From an uncultured Bacilli bacterium (GTDB taxonomy: Bacteria; Bacillota_I; Bacilli_A; RF39; UBA660), in assembly GCA_947628485.1 (NCBI GenBank), contig CANRAA010000001.1, forward strand, positions 1 to 57,918: a stretch of DNA of 57,918 bases, given 5' to 3'. The notes beneath the pieces are model-generated. The model searched no databases. It saw nothing but the letters and a program-made list of their open reading frames with translations, and was not told where the DNA came from. The translations under genes and the position numbers were made by a program. Shown piece by piece: positions 28,598 to 37,602 of this stretch; within the stretch, counting starts at the first letter, position 1; every line of letters starts with the position of its first letter.

Positions 28598-28768
28598 TCA
28601 ATGATAGATTATCATGGCACTAAAACAATATAATTGTTCTTCCCCATTTATTCCAATAGCTACTTGATATTTAATATCAATAACATCCACATCATTACTT
28701 AAAAATTCATTAACGCTATTTTCTAAGTCTCTTTCACACTCTTCATCAATAACTTTTACTTTCATCAT
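28598..28768 (-). CDS. Cse60-like small sporulation protein
   Basis: MMKVKVIDEECERDLENSVNEFLSN..VDVIDIKYQVAI....EQLYCFSAMIIY parallels the Bacillus Cse60 family. Trimmed from the track start at 28813. Confidence 0.55.
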   Translation of the reverse strand: MMKVKVIDEECERDLENSVNEFLSNDVDVIDIKYQVAIGINGEEQLYCFSAMIIYH

Positions 28769-28827
28769 ATCACCAAATATATCATAACAAAAAAAGAGCG
28801 TAAAATTTGTCATATTTTAGAATATAA

Positions 28828-29460
28828 CTATTTTACTCTTGGTTTTACTATTTCTAAAGTTCTTAGATATTTATAACAAGTCTTTCCATCATCATTTAGA
28901 TAAGCCAAAGGATTATCACTTTGTCCTACTAAATCTTTTGCCCCTAGTTTTGAAGACCAACTTCCATCCTCATTTTGTCTTACAAAATGATAATCATAAT
29001 TTCTACCATCTTCTAAAAAGATAGCTATTTTATAACCACCTTCCCTACATGATGCATTAATTGTACTCGGATATGATTTTATTTCTAAATGTTCTAAATC
29101 TTTAGCTAATAAATTTAAAATATCTACTTCTTTTGGTTTATTTTCTTTATTATAAAGATAGGTATTACCACTTATATTACCTAAATTTAAACGATATTTA
29201 TATTGATCAAAATCATCTTTTAAATAAGCAATAGACTTTGGTATATCTAAATCGAGAGCATATAAATAACAAGTGGTCCCTTCATTAAATAAACCCGCAT
29301 CATATTTTGGTATCTTTCTTTGAATTAAGACCATTAATCTTAAATACGTCCTGTATAATTCTTTTATTTTTAATTCCGATTTATAATCTCTATTTAAACT
29401 TAATTTATTAATTTTTTCTAATATTTTTTCTATTCTTATCTTGATATTTTCTTCAGTCAT
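28828..29460 (-). CDS. Predicted Cys-His (papain/transglutaminase-like fold) protein, paralog A
   Basis: Shares these motifs with 29463..30131 and 57083..57739: ELYRxYLxL helix, TCYLYALDL (candidate nucleophile Cys), GYKIAIF, DYHFVRQNEDGSWSSKLG (candidate His), C-terminal TLEIVKP. No signal peptide. Confidence 0.5.
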   Translation of the reverse strand: MTEENIKIRIEKILEKINKLSLNRDYKSELKIKELYRTYLRLMVLIQRKIPKYDAGLFNEGTTCYLYALDLDIPKSIAYLKDDFDQYKYRLNLGNISGNTYLYNKENKPKEVDILNLLAKDLEHLEIKSYPSTINASCREGGYKIAIFLEDGRNYDYHFVRQNEDGSWSSKLGAKDLVGQSDNPLAYLNDDGKTCYKYLRTLEIVKPRVK

Positions 29461-29462
29461 AA

Positions 29463-30131
29463 TTACCTCTTTAGACTTGGTTTAACTATTTCTAAAGTCT
29501 CTACATATTCATAAAAACGCCCTTCATTATCCATACCTTCTTCTAAATGGTCAGAAGTAACTTCTTTAATAATTCCTTTATAACCATTTTTATCCATCCA
29601 AATACCATTTGGATTTTGTCTTAGAAAATGGTAATCTTTAAAATCTCTATTGATATATAAACTTATTTTATAACCATTATGTTCTAATTTACTATCAATA
29701 CTACTTTTAAAGAAATCAATTTTAAAGTAACTTAAATCACTTTCTAATCTTTCTACTAAATTACTTTTCGTGCAATATGTTTCGCGAAATAATGGCTTAT
29801 AATTAGAATATACTCCCACATCAAAACCAAAATCATTATGAATAAGTTTATTATAAGTTCTTTTAAAAATCATAGGTACTGGTAAGGCTAGAGCATACAA
29901 ATAACAATTACTATTTCTTAAACTATTGTTATTTACTTTATCAGGATTTAAACTTTGGAGTTTTAAAACTAAACTTAAATATTCCCGATATAGCACTAAA
30001 ATATTTCTTTCTAAAGTATTAATTTTAAACATGCCTAAAGAAAGATAATCTTTATCTTGATATTCTAAATATAAAGAATTTAATTCCCTATATATTTCTT
30101 TAATTTGATTTTCCATATTTTTAGTATCCAT
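29463..30131 (-). CDS. Predicted Cys-His (papain/transglutaminase-like fold) protein, paralog B
   Basis: NCYLYALAL, GYKISLY, DYHFLRQNPNGIWMDKNG, TLEIVKP. 2-nt gap to paralog A. Confidence 0.5.
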   Translation of the reverse strand: MDTKNMENQIKEIYRELNSLYLEYQDKDYLSLGMFKINTLERNILVLYREYLSLVLKLQSLNPDKVNNNSLRNSNCYLYALALPVPMIFKRTYNKLIHNDFGFDVGVYSNYKPLFRETYCTKSNLVERLESDLSYFKIDFFKSSIDSKLEHNGYKISLYINRDFKDYHFLRQNPNGIWMDKNGYKGIIKEVTSDHLEEGMDNEGRFYEYVETLEIVKPSLKR

Positions 30132-30152
30132 AAACCCCTCACATGTGCATAT

Positions 30153-30181
30153 ATTATACCATATTTACGTTATAATGTAAA
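30153..30181 (-). promoter_or_regulatory. Extended -10 promoter for Cys-His paralogs B/A
   Basis: Minus strand has TTTACA (30176..30181), 17 bp spacer ending in TG, TATAAT (30153..30158), giving TGGTATAAT. Confidence 0.6.
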
Positions 30182-31837
30182 TTAGTGTTCTTTAAGTGCT
30201 TGATTAACTTCTTTTTCTCTTTTTCTAATTAAAGATAATCTCTTTTCAAAATCATTTCTAATTTCTGAATAATCGCCTTCATTTTTTAACTCTTTAGTAT
30301 AGAAAATAGCTTTTTCTACTAAAGGTTTATTTTGCATAATTAAAGTATCTAATCGCATTACAATATCTCTAAGTTTTTCTTTATATTCCATAAGATTATT
30401 ATCATAATTTTTTAAACTTTTAATGTCCTCTAGAAGGTTACCTAAATCACTAAGTAAGGGTATATAATCATAATCATCAATTATCTTATCAATTAAAATG
30501 GAATAAAGAATATAAATGACAAAGGATAGAATTAAACAAACTACAGTATAAAAGACTTTTTTTAATTCATCATTATTAACCGTTATTTTTTCGTCTTCTA
30601 AATTAACTTCTACTTCTTTAATAATCCGAAAAGCTTCTTTGGTTAGTTCTTCAGTGCTCAAATCTCTTCGACTTAATGTTTTAATATTTTCTGGTACTAA
30701 GAAAGATTCTAAATCCATATCATATAACTTTTCTAAAGATGTACCTATATAATTACTTAAATTATAAGTAGTAACCTCTCTTCCTCCATAATCATTAATG
30801 GAACCATAATCAATAGCTAAAATACTATCATCACGTTTAGTTTTATACTCTTCGGTTACAACATAAGGATTAGGATTAGTAGGATTATAAGTAGTTGTCG
30901 TAGTCATATAGGTCTTTGTTTCATTTGCCGATTTATTTTTACCTAATTTAAATGAAGATACAATCAAAGTTGTAACTAAAGCGGAATTAATTAGTAACAT
31001 AAGACTATTTTTAATTAAACGTTTTGTTCTTTTAGGCTTATCCATATGTTGAGGCAGATTATTTAATTCATTAAAAATTTCTTCTAAAGAATATTGATAA
31101 TTACCTAGATTAGTCATTAATTTATTTAAGATGGTTTTTCTTTCTTTATAATTTAAATTATTTTCGATTAATAAAGTAATTAAGTCAATTTGGGCATAAG
31201 AATTTTCAAACCCAGCGGCATCTATTTCTCTAATTTTTAAACTAATTAATTTATTTTTCGCAAGTTTTAAATCAATCTCTTCTACTTCTTTTCTAACTAA
31301 TTTATCAAGATAATATTTATCTATTTCTCCTAAATCACTAAATAAACTACTATAACCCAAACATTTTATTTCTTCTTTAATAAATAAGTAAATAACACTG
31401 TATATATCCTCAATAATTGGCCCTTCGACATTATAATCTAAAGTTTTAGAATTATGAAGATTTTTTAAAACTAATGCTAATTTTTCTTTATATTTAATAA
31501 AATCTTGTTCTTCTTTATTCTTTTTATCTAAAAACTCTTTAATTAAACTTGTGGTATGATAAGCCACCACATAAACTTCATAATCTAATAATTTTTGATA
31601 TAGTTTTTCTAAACTATTAATGGTATTAGTATAGTTTTGCTCTAAAAAAGCACTTTGCCCTAAAGATAATTCCGGATTAGCAAAATTATAACTATCTTCG
31701 ACATTATTATTAGATTTATTGATAATTTTATTTTTTATTTCTTCAAATTTTTGCACATTAAAACCAATTTGGTTTAATTCCTGAATTCTCTTTTCTACTT
31801 TTTCTAAAGTTACATTATAAAGTATTGCTTTGTCCAA
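30182..31837 (-). CDS. Two-TM coiled-coil-rich hypothetical membrane protein
   Basis: 551 aa with a TTG start 8 nt after an AAGGGGG SD. TM segments LMLLINSALVTTLIVSSF and VFYTVVCLILSFVIYILYSILI enclose a segment of about 125 aa. Confidence 0.65.
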   Translation of the reverse strand: MDKAILYNVTLEKVEKRIQELNQIGFNVQKFEEIKNKIINKSNNNVEDSYNFANPELSLGQSAFLEQNYTNTINSLEKLYQKLLDYEVYVVAYHTTSLIKEFLDKKNKEEQDFIKYKEKLALVLKNLHNSKTLDYNVEGPIIEDIYSVIYLFIKEEIKCLGYSSLFSDLGEIDKYYLDKLVRKEVEEIDLKLAKNKLISLKIREIDAAGFENSYAQIDLITLLIENNLNYKERKTILNKLMTNLGNYQYSLEEIFNELNNLPQHMDKPKRTKRLIKNSLMLLINSALVTTLIVSSFKLGKNKSANETKTYMTTTTTYNPTNPNPYVVTEEYKTKRDDSILAIDYGSINDYGGREVTTYNLSNYIGTSLEKLYDMDLESFLVPENIKTLSRRDLSTEELTKEAFRIIKEVEVNLEDEKITVNNDELKKVFYTVVCLILSFVIYILYSILIDKIIDDYDYIPLLSDLGNLLEDIKSLKNYDNNLMEYKEKLRDIVMRLDTLIMQNKPLVEKAIFYTKELKNEGDYSEIRNDFEKRLSLIRKREKEVNQALKEH

Positions 31838-31862
31838 TGTTAAAACCCCCTTAGGTAAGGGT

Positions 31863-31891
31863 ATTATATCAAATCTTCATATTAATGTCAA
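31863..31891 (-). promoter_or_regulatory. Perfect consensus sigma-A promoter
   Basis: Minus strand has TTGACA (31886..31891), 17 bp spacer, TATAAT (31863..31868). Confidence 0.65.
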
Positions 31892-31895
31892 AAAA

Positions 31896-32183
31896 TTAAC
31901 CATATACTCTTTTTAAATATATTTTTTCTTCCTTAATCATTAAAACGACAATATCATCGTCATCAGCACTTTCAATTTTTCTTCCATACTCACTTTCTAG
32001 GCAATCCAAACTTAAAACAGCATTTTTTTCTTGTAATAATTTTTCAGACATGAATAAAAAGTCCCCTACTTCGGGTAATTTTTCGACATTATAAAATTCT
32101 ATATTAAATTGATACTCTTTATTATTCGTATCTTTTAATACATATTCATAATTATCTTTTTTAACAATCATTAATTTCTCCAT
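31896..32183 (-). CDS. Small hypothetical protein at the distal end of the LRR array
   Basis: 95-aa ORF starting 2 nt after the stop of LRR paralog 1. No motifs recognised. Confidence 0.55.
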   Translation of the reverse strand: MEKLMIVKKDNYEYVLKDTNNKEYQFNIEFYNVEKLPEVGDFLFMSEKLLQEKNAVLSLDCLESEYGRKIESADDDDIVVLMIKEEKIYLKRVYG

Positions 32184-32185
32184 AT

Positions 32186-34054
32186 TTATCTTCCTTTCTT
32201 ATTTTCCTTTTCATCAAAACATTTCGCTAAAAAATCATTGATATATAGCATAATTTTTCCCAAACCTTTTTTAGTAAATTGGGGATTATTCTTTAAAAAA
32301 TTCTTTCCTTTGATTTTAACATTAGGTATATTTAAATATTCTAAATTACTATTATTAGCTAAAAAATCATTGCCAATTTCTTCAAGTACAGGTAAATCTA
32401 ATTTTCTTAAAGAATTATTTTCAAACATAAAATAATCACTTACAGTTTTTAATTTTAGTAAAGATAATTCAGTTATTAAATTATTTGTCCTTAAAAAACT
32501 ACTTCCTACTATTTCTAAATTAGGTAACCATAATTTTTTTAATTTTTTATTACTACTCAAAAAATAATGACAAATAAATTTTAATTTAGGTAAATAGACT
32601 TCGTCAATTAATTCGTTATCACAAAGAAAACCATCTGCTACCCATTCTAAAGAAGGTAAGTTTAATTTTTCGAGATTTAAATTATTAGATAAGAAGTAAG
32701 AACCTACAATCTCTAAAGATGGTAAATCTAATTTTCTAATTTTTTCATTTCCCAATAGAAAACAATCTCCAGCCTTACGAAGTTTAGGTAAACTTAACTC
32801 TTCTAAAGAACTATTATAAGCTAAAAAGTCATAATCAACTTCTTTTAAAAGAGGTAAATTTAATTCTCTTAAGGACATATTATGACTTAAAAAGCAATAA
32901 CCTGTTTCTTGTAAATTGGGTAATTCGAGTTCCTCTAGGATGCCATTATTATCTAAAAAATAATTACCAATCTTTTGTAAATTAGCCATTTTTAAAGCTT
33001 TTAAATATCTATTATAAATTAAAAAGTTATCCCCAACTTGTTCTAACTCAGGATATTCTAACTTTAGCATTTTATTATCTTTTAAAGTTATAATTACATT
33101 ATTATTATCTTGTAAAGTTATTTTTATTTCTTTATTATCTTCTTCTCTTTTAACCTCTATTTTTTCAATATTAGAAATAGTACTAGGAAATGAATCAGAA
33201 ATTCCTTCATCATATAATCTTACCTCTTTATTTACGAAATCTAAGATAAAATAATCAAAGATAATATATTTTTCTTTATCATATCTTTTAACTTCAAAGT
33301 TATCAATTATAATATTATTGGGACAATAATAAATATTGTTTATTTCTTGATTATATTTATATAATTTACCATCATTTGCTCTAACATATCCTCTTAATTC
33401 AAAACCATTTGTTACGTGTTGTTGAACTAAACCATAATACTCGCCAAAAGATTTGGTTAAACCTGGAGTGATATTATCAAGGTTATTCGAAAAAGTACTA
33501 TCGGGATTATTAACATGATGGTTATATCTATTTTTAATGGATAAAGTATGCGATTTATCTTTGGTAAATTGAATACTTATAACACTGGTACCATAGGCAT
33601 CTTGTCTTTCAGGATTCAAAAAATTTTCTCTTTTAATTTCCAAAACATTCTTTTTTACGGCAAAGAAAACATAACATCTATCAAGTCTTCCTCCATCAAA
33701 AGTACAAAGTTCTTCTCCTTTGGCATAATACTTTTTAAACCTTTGAATATCTTCTTCGCTAGTGCATTCATATAAATCATAACCAGCATCCTCAAGTAAT
33801 TCTTTCGGTGTTTTAATAACTCTTTCTTTATTATTATCTTCAACATTCACTAAATTATATATGTAATTTTTAAATTCTATCCCTCTTAGTTGCTTTATAA
33901 TATCCTCATATAAATCATGACTTGGTTCAAAATTTTGGAACATTAATTTTAAAAGTAAACCTTCTGTTTCTAATATAGTCGCAAAATAATCACGACAAAA
34001 ATGAGCCATTTTCTCGCCATATTTCTTTTTAATTATTTTTAAATCTTGGTTCAC
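32186..34054 (-). CDS. NTD-LRR family protein, paralog 1 (622 aa)
   Basis: GTG start. Family N-terminal motifs (KKKYGEKMAHFC, ELCTFDGGRLDRCYVFFAVKKN, RQDAYGTSVISIQFT, SIKNRYNHHVNNPDST, YYCPNNIIIDNFEVKRYDKEKYI), then 22-aa LRRs. No signal peptide. Confidence 0.85.
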   Translation of the reverse strand: MNQDLKIIKKKYGEKMAHFCRDYFATILETEGLLLKLMFQNFEPSHDLYEDIIKQLRGIEFKNYIYNLVNVEDNNKERVIKTPKELLEDAGYDLYECTSEEDIQRFKKYYAKGEELCTFDGGRLDRCYVFFAVKKNVLEIKRENFLNPERQDAYGTSVISIQFTKDKSHTLSIKNRYNHHVNNPDSTFSNNLDNITPGLTKSFGEYYGLVQQHVTNGFELRGYVRANDGKLYKYNQEINNIYYCPNNIIIDNFEVKRYDKEKYIIFDYFILDFVNKEVRLYDEGISDSFPSTISNIEKIEVKREEDNKEIKITLQDNNNVIITLKDNKMLKLEYPELEQVGDNFLIYNRYLKALKMANLQKIGNYFLDNNGILEELELPNLQETGYCFLSHNMSLRELNLPLLKEVDYDFLAYNSSLEELSLPKLRKAGDCFLLGNEKIRKLDLPSLEIVGSYFLSNNLNLEKLNLPSLEWVADGFLCDNELIDEVYLPKLKFICHYFLSSNKKLKKLWLPNLEIVGSSFLRTNNLITELSLLKLKTVSDYFMFENNSLRKLDLPVLEEIGNDFLANNSNLEYLNIPNVKIKGKNFLKNNPQFTKKGLGKIMLYINDFLAKCFDEKENKKGR

Positions 34055-34136
34055 TTTATCACCATCTTTACTCTATTATAAAATATATTTAAACTTTTAA
34101 ACAATCAATATTCACATAAAAGACAATTATTGACAG
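34055..34136 (-). promoter_or_regulatory. Reiterated intergenic cassette, copy 1 (putative promoter + SD)
   Basis: Plus-strand core TAAACAATCAATATT plus CACCATCTTT...TTATAA. On the minus strand this reads TGTCAATA..TATTGATTGTTTAA....TATAAT..AAAGATGGTGA before the start codon. Confidence 0.4.
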
Positions 34137-35891
34137 TTACCTTTTTATTTTCGCTATAAAATCTTCTCTAGTAAATGTTGGATGACATTTCAAAAAATTG
34201 TAACCAACTTCTTCTAAAGAGGGTAAATTTACTATCTTTAGACATTCATTCCAATCCATAAAATAATTTCTCGCTTTTCGTAATTTCGGTAAATCTAATT
34301 CTTGTAAAGAAGTATTATGAGATAAAAAATTATCACCTACCTCCTCAAGATTAGGCATATTTATTTTTTTAACAGGCAAATTTCTCCAACAAAAATTATC
34401 ACCTACTTTTCTTAAAAGAGGACAATTAATTTCCACTAAAGAATTGTTAAAATATAAAAAACCATACCCTACTATTTTTAAATTAGGTAAGAATAATTTT
34501 TTTAAAGATGAATTATCATATAAAAAATCATTTCCCACTACTTCTAAAAGGGGTAAATCTAACTTTTCTAAATTACAGTTACGTAGTAAAAAACCATTAT
34601 CAATTTTTAAGAGTTTGGGCAAATTTAATTTTATTAAAGCTTCATTAAAATTTAAGAAATTACTACCTACCCTTTGCAAATTTGGTAAATTTAACTTGGT
34701 CATCATCCTATTACAAAGGAGGAAATTATCAGCCACTTCTTCTAATAAAGGTAATTCTAATTCTTCTAAAGTTGCATTATGGTACAAAAAACCATTACCC
34801 ACTTTTTGTAAATCAACCATTTTTAAGATTTTTAAGGCTTTGGCATTACATAAAAAGCCATTACCGACATATTCTAAATTAGGATAATTTAACTTCAATA
34901 TTTGATTATCTTTATTTAAAATTATATTTACTTCATTATTATTCATTAAAGTAATTTTTATTTCTTTAGTATCATCTTCTTTTCTTTCTATTTCGATTTT
35001 TGCGATATTAATAATGGTACTAGGAAAGGGATCTGGAATATTTTCATCATATAATCTTATTTCTTTTTTAACTAAATCTAAAATAAAATAATCCAAGATA
35101 ATATATTTCTCTTTATCATATCTTTTAACTTCAAAGTTATCAATAATGATATTATTTGGACAATAATAAATATTGTTTATCTCTTGATTACACTTATAGT
35201 ATTTACCATCTCGGGCCTTAATATAACCTCTTAATTCAAAACCATTTGTTTTATGTTGCTGCTCTAAATCATAATGTTCAGCGAAACTTTCCGTTAAACC
35301 AGGAATTATATTGTCTAAATTATTTGAATAAGTACTATCAGGATTATTAACGGTATGATTATACCTATTTTTAATTGATAAGGTATGGGATTTATCCCTC
35401 GTAAACTGAATACTTATAACACTAGTTCCATACTCATCTTGTCTTTGAGGACTAGAAAAGTCTTCTCTTTTAATATGTGAGACATTCTTTTTAACCGCAA
35501 AGAAAACATGACATCTATCTAGTCTTCCTCCATGAAAGGTACATATCTCTTCCCCAGGGGCATAATACTTTTTAAACTTTTGAATGTCTTCCTCACACTT
35601 ACATTCATATAAATCATACCCAGCCTTATTTAATAATTCTTTTGGGGTTTTAATAACTTTTTCTTTAAAGTTATCTTCGACATCCACTAAACTATAAATA
35701 TAATTTTTAAATTCATCATCTCTATTTTGGCTTATAATATCTTCATATAAATCATGACTTGGTTCAAAATGCTCGAGCATTAATTTTAAAAATAATCCCT
35801 CAGTTTCTAAAATAGTTGGAAAAAATTCCCGACAAAGATGGGCCATTTTCTCCCCATATTTCTTTTTAATTATTTTTAAATCTTCATTCAT
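34137..35891 (-). CDS. NTD-LRR family protein, paralog 2 (584 aa)
   Basis: Same N-terminal motifs, LRR tail, C-terminal cap NFLKCHPTFTREDFIAKIKR. Confidence 0.85.
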   Translation of the reverse strand: MNEDLKIIKKKYGEKMAHLCREFFPTILETEGLFLKLMLEHFEPSHDLYEDIISQNRDDEFKNYIYSLVDVEDNFKEKVIKTPKELLNKAGYDLYECKCEEDIQKFKKYYAPGEEICTFHGGRLDRCHVFFAVKKNVSHIKREDFSSPQRQDEYGTSVISIQFTRDKSHTLSIKNRYNHTVNNPDSTYSNNLDNIIPGLTESFAEHYDLEQQHKTNGFELRGYIKARDGKYYKCNQEINNIYYCPNNIIIDNFEVKRYDKEKYIILDYFILDLVKKEIRLYDENIPDPFPSTIINIAKIEIERKEDDTKEIKITLMNNNEVNIILNKDNQILKLNYPNLEYVGNGFLCNAKALKILKMVDLQKVGNGFLYHNATLEELELPLLEEVADNFLLCNRMMTKLNLPNLQRVGSNFLNFNEALIKLNLPKLLKIDNGFLLRNCNLEKLDLPLLEVVGNDFLYDNSSLKKLFLPNLKIVGYGFLYFNNSLVEINCPLLRKVGDNFCWRNLPVKKINMPNLEEVGDNFLSHNTSLQELDLPKLRKARNYFMDWNECLKIVNLPSLEEVGYNFLKCHPTFTREDFIAKIKR

Positions 35892-35931
35892 TTTAACCCT
35901 CTGCTTTCTTTTTTATAAATTTTTTAATCTA

Positions 35932-37545
35932 TTATATTTTACCTTTTTGATTAGGAATTTTATCTTCATTAGATAAAAGATTAAAATTATCACTTCCTAT
36001 TTTAAAAGAATGAAATTTTTCTTTCTTAAAAATTCTATAACAAAACAAAAAGTCATCACCAACTTCTTCTAAAGCCGGTAAATACAATTTTTCTAAATCT
36101 ACACTTTTTCTTAAAAAACTCCTACCCACTATTTTTAAAGATGGCAAGTTTACTTCTTTCAAACGAATATTTTCATTTAAAAAACTATCGTCAACTTTTT
36201 CTAATAAAGGTAAATCCAACTTTTTTAAAGATTTATTTTCAAACATAAAATAACTACCTACCCTTTGTAAATGGGGCATGTTTAAATGAGAAATTTTTCG
36301 ATTACTAGATAGAAAGTTATTACCAACTTCTTCTAAAGATGGTAAATCTACTTCTTCTAAAGCCATATTATAATTTAAAAAGCAATCTCGAGCATATTGT
36401 AATTTGGGTAAATTTAACTTTCTTACCTTGCTTCCAAAACTTAAAAAATAGTTGCCTGCTTTTTGCAAATTGGGCATACTTAGCTCTTGTAAAGAAGTAA
36501 CTAACTCTAAAAAAATATCTTTTACTTCTTGAGTGTTTTGATTTTCGTATTTAATCATTCGATTATCTTTATCTAAAACTATTAATACTTCATTATTATC
36601 TGGTAATGTTATTTTTATTTCTTTTTCTTTCTCTTTTCTTTCAACTTCTATTTTACGAATGTTAGAAATAGTATCCGGAAAAGATTCTCTCATATTTTGG
36701 TCATATAATCTTACTTCTTTTTTAACAAGATCTAAAATAAAATAGTTAAATATGATATATTTTTCTTTATCATATCTTTTAACTTCAAAATTATCAATAA
36801 TTATATTATTAGGGCAATAATAGATACCGTTTATTTCTTGATTATATATATAATATTTGTTATCACTCGCTCTAACATAGCCTTCTAATTCAAATTTACT
36901 ATTAGGATGTTGTTGGACTAAACCATAATACTTGCCAAAACTTTCTGTTAAACCATCGATTATATTATCGAGGTTATTTCCGAAAGTACTATCGGGATTA
37001 TTAACATGGTGATTATAGCGATTTTTAATGGATAAGGTATGGGACGCATCCCTCGTAAACTGAATACTTATGACACTTGTGCCATATTCATCTTGACGAT
37101 TAGGATTAGGATAGTCTTCTCTTTTGATATTATCGACATTCTTTTTAACCGCAAAGAAAACATGACATATATCAAGTCTTCCGCCCTTAAAGGTGCATAA
37201 TCTTTCACCTGGGGCATAATACTTCTTAAACTTTTGAATGTCTTCCTCACACTCACATTCATATAAATCATAACCGGCATCTGCAAGCAACTCTTTAGGT
37301 GTTTTAACAACTATTTCTTTATTATTATCTTCGACATCCACTAAACTATAAATATAATCTTTAAATTCAGTTTCTTTTCCTTGCTCTATTATATTCTCAT
37401 ATAAATCATGACTGGGTTCAAAATGCTCTAACATTAAATTTATTAGTAATCCTTCAGTTTCTAGTAAAGTAGGAAAAAATTCGCGGCATAAATGGGCCAT
37501 CTTCTCCCCATATTTTTTCTTAATTATCTTTAAATCATTATTCAC
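35932..37545 (-). CDS. NTD-LRR family protein, paralog 3 (537 aa)
   Basis: GTG start, same N-terminal motifs, shorter LRR tail with a divergent C-terminus. Confidence 0.85.
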   Translation of the reverse strand: MNNDLKIIKKKYGEKMAHLCREFFPTLLETEGLLINLMLEHFEPSHDLYENIIEQGKETEFKDYIYSLVDVEDNNKEIVVKTPKELLADAGYDLYECECEEDIQKFKKYYAPGERLCTFKGGRLDICHVFFAVKKNVDNIKREDYPNPNRQDEYGTSVISIQFTRDASHTLSIKNRYNHHVNNPDSTFGNNLDNIIDGLTESFGKYYGLVQQHPNSKFELEGYVRASDNKYYIYNQEINGIYYCPNNIIIDNFEVKRYDKEKYIIFNYFILDLVKKEVRLYDQNMRESFPDTISNIRKIEVERKEKEKEIKITLPDNNEVLIVLDKDNRMIKYENQNTQEVKDIFLELVTSLQELSMPNLQKAGNYFLSFGSKVRKLNLPKLQYARDCFLNYNMALEEVDLPSLEEVGNNFLSSNRKISHLNMPHLQRVGSYFMFENKSLKKLDLPLLEKVDDSFLNENIRLKEVNLPSLKIVGRSFLRKSVDLEKLYLPALEEVGDDFLFCYRIFKKEKFHSFKIGSDNFNLLSNEDKIPNQKGKI

Positions 37546-37602
37546 ATTATCACCATCTTTTCTTTATTATAAAATAAATTTAATCTATTAAACAATCAAT
37601 AT
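37546..37602 (-). promoter_or_regulatory. Reiterated intergenic cassette, copy 2
   Basis: Same core (TAATCTATTAAACAATCAATATTCACTTAAAAGACA on the plus strand) and the same TATAAT/GGTGA proximal part. Confidence 0.4.

Noticed and set aside
33655-33846. Same-strand alternative-frame ORFs of 63-89 codons at the equivalent position in six paralogs (33655..33846, 37068..37310, 49398..49667, 51143..51346, 55089..55283, 56582..56785). Translations are similar (M-x-YMNVSVRKIFK-x-LK-x-IMP...).
   Set aside because: They lie in the most conserved nucleotide stretch of the N-terminal domain, so their similarity follows automatically from main-frame conservation. They are absent or closed in the other seven paralogs, and I saw no SD before them. 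Ribosome profiling could revisit this.
34444-34887. Plus-strand ORFs inside the LRR-coding DNA, with K/L/P/F/S-rich periodic translations. This one, plus 32238..32435, 34682..34882, 37968..38168, 39414..39673, 48254..48454, 53732..54088 and 54272..54478.
   Set aside because: They are antisense shadows of the 66-bp periodic LRR coding sequence. Their periodicity mirrors the sense repeats, they have no SD or promoter, and the minus-strand frames are long, conserved and paralogous.
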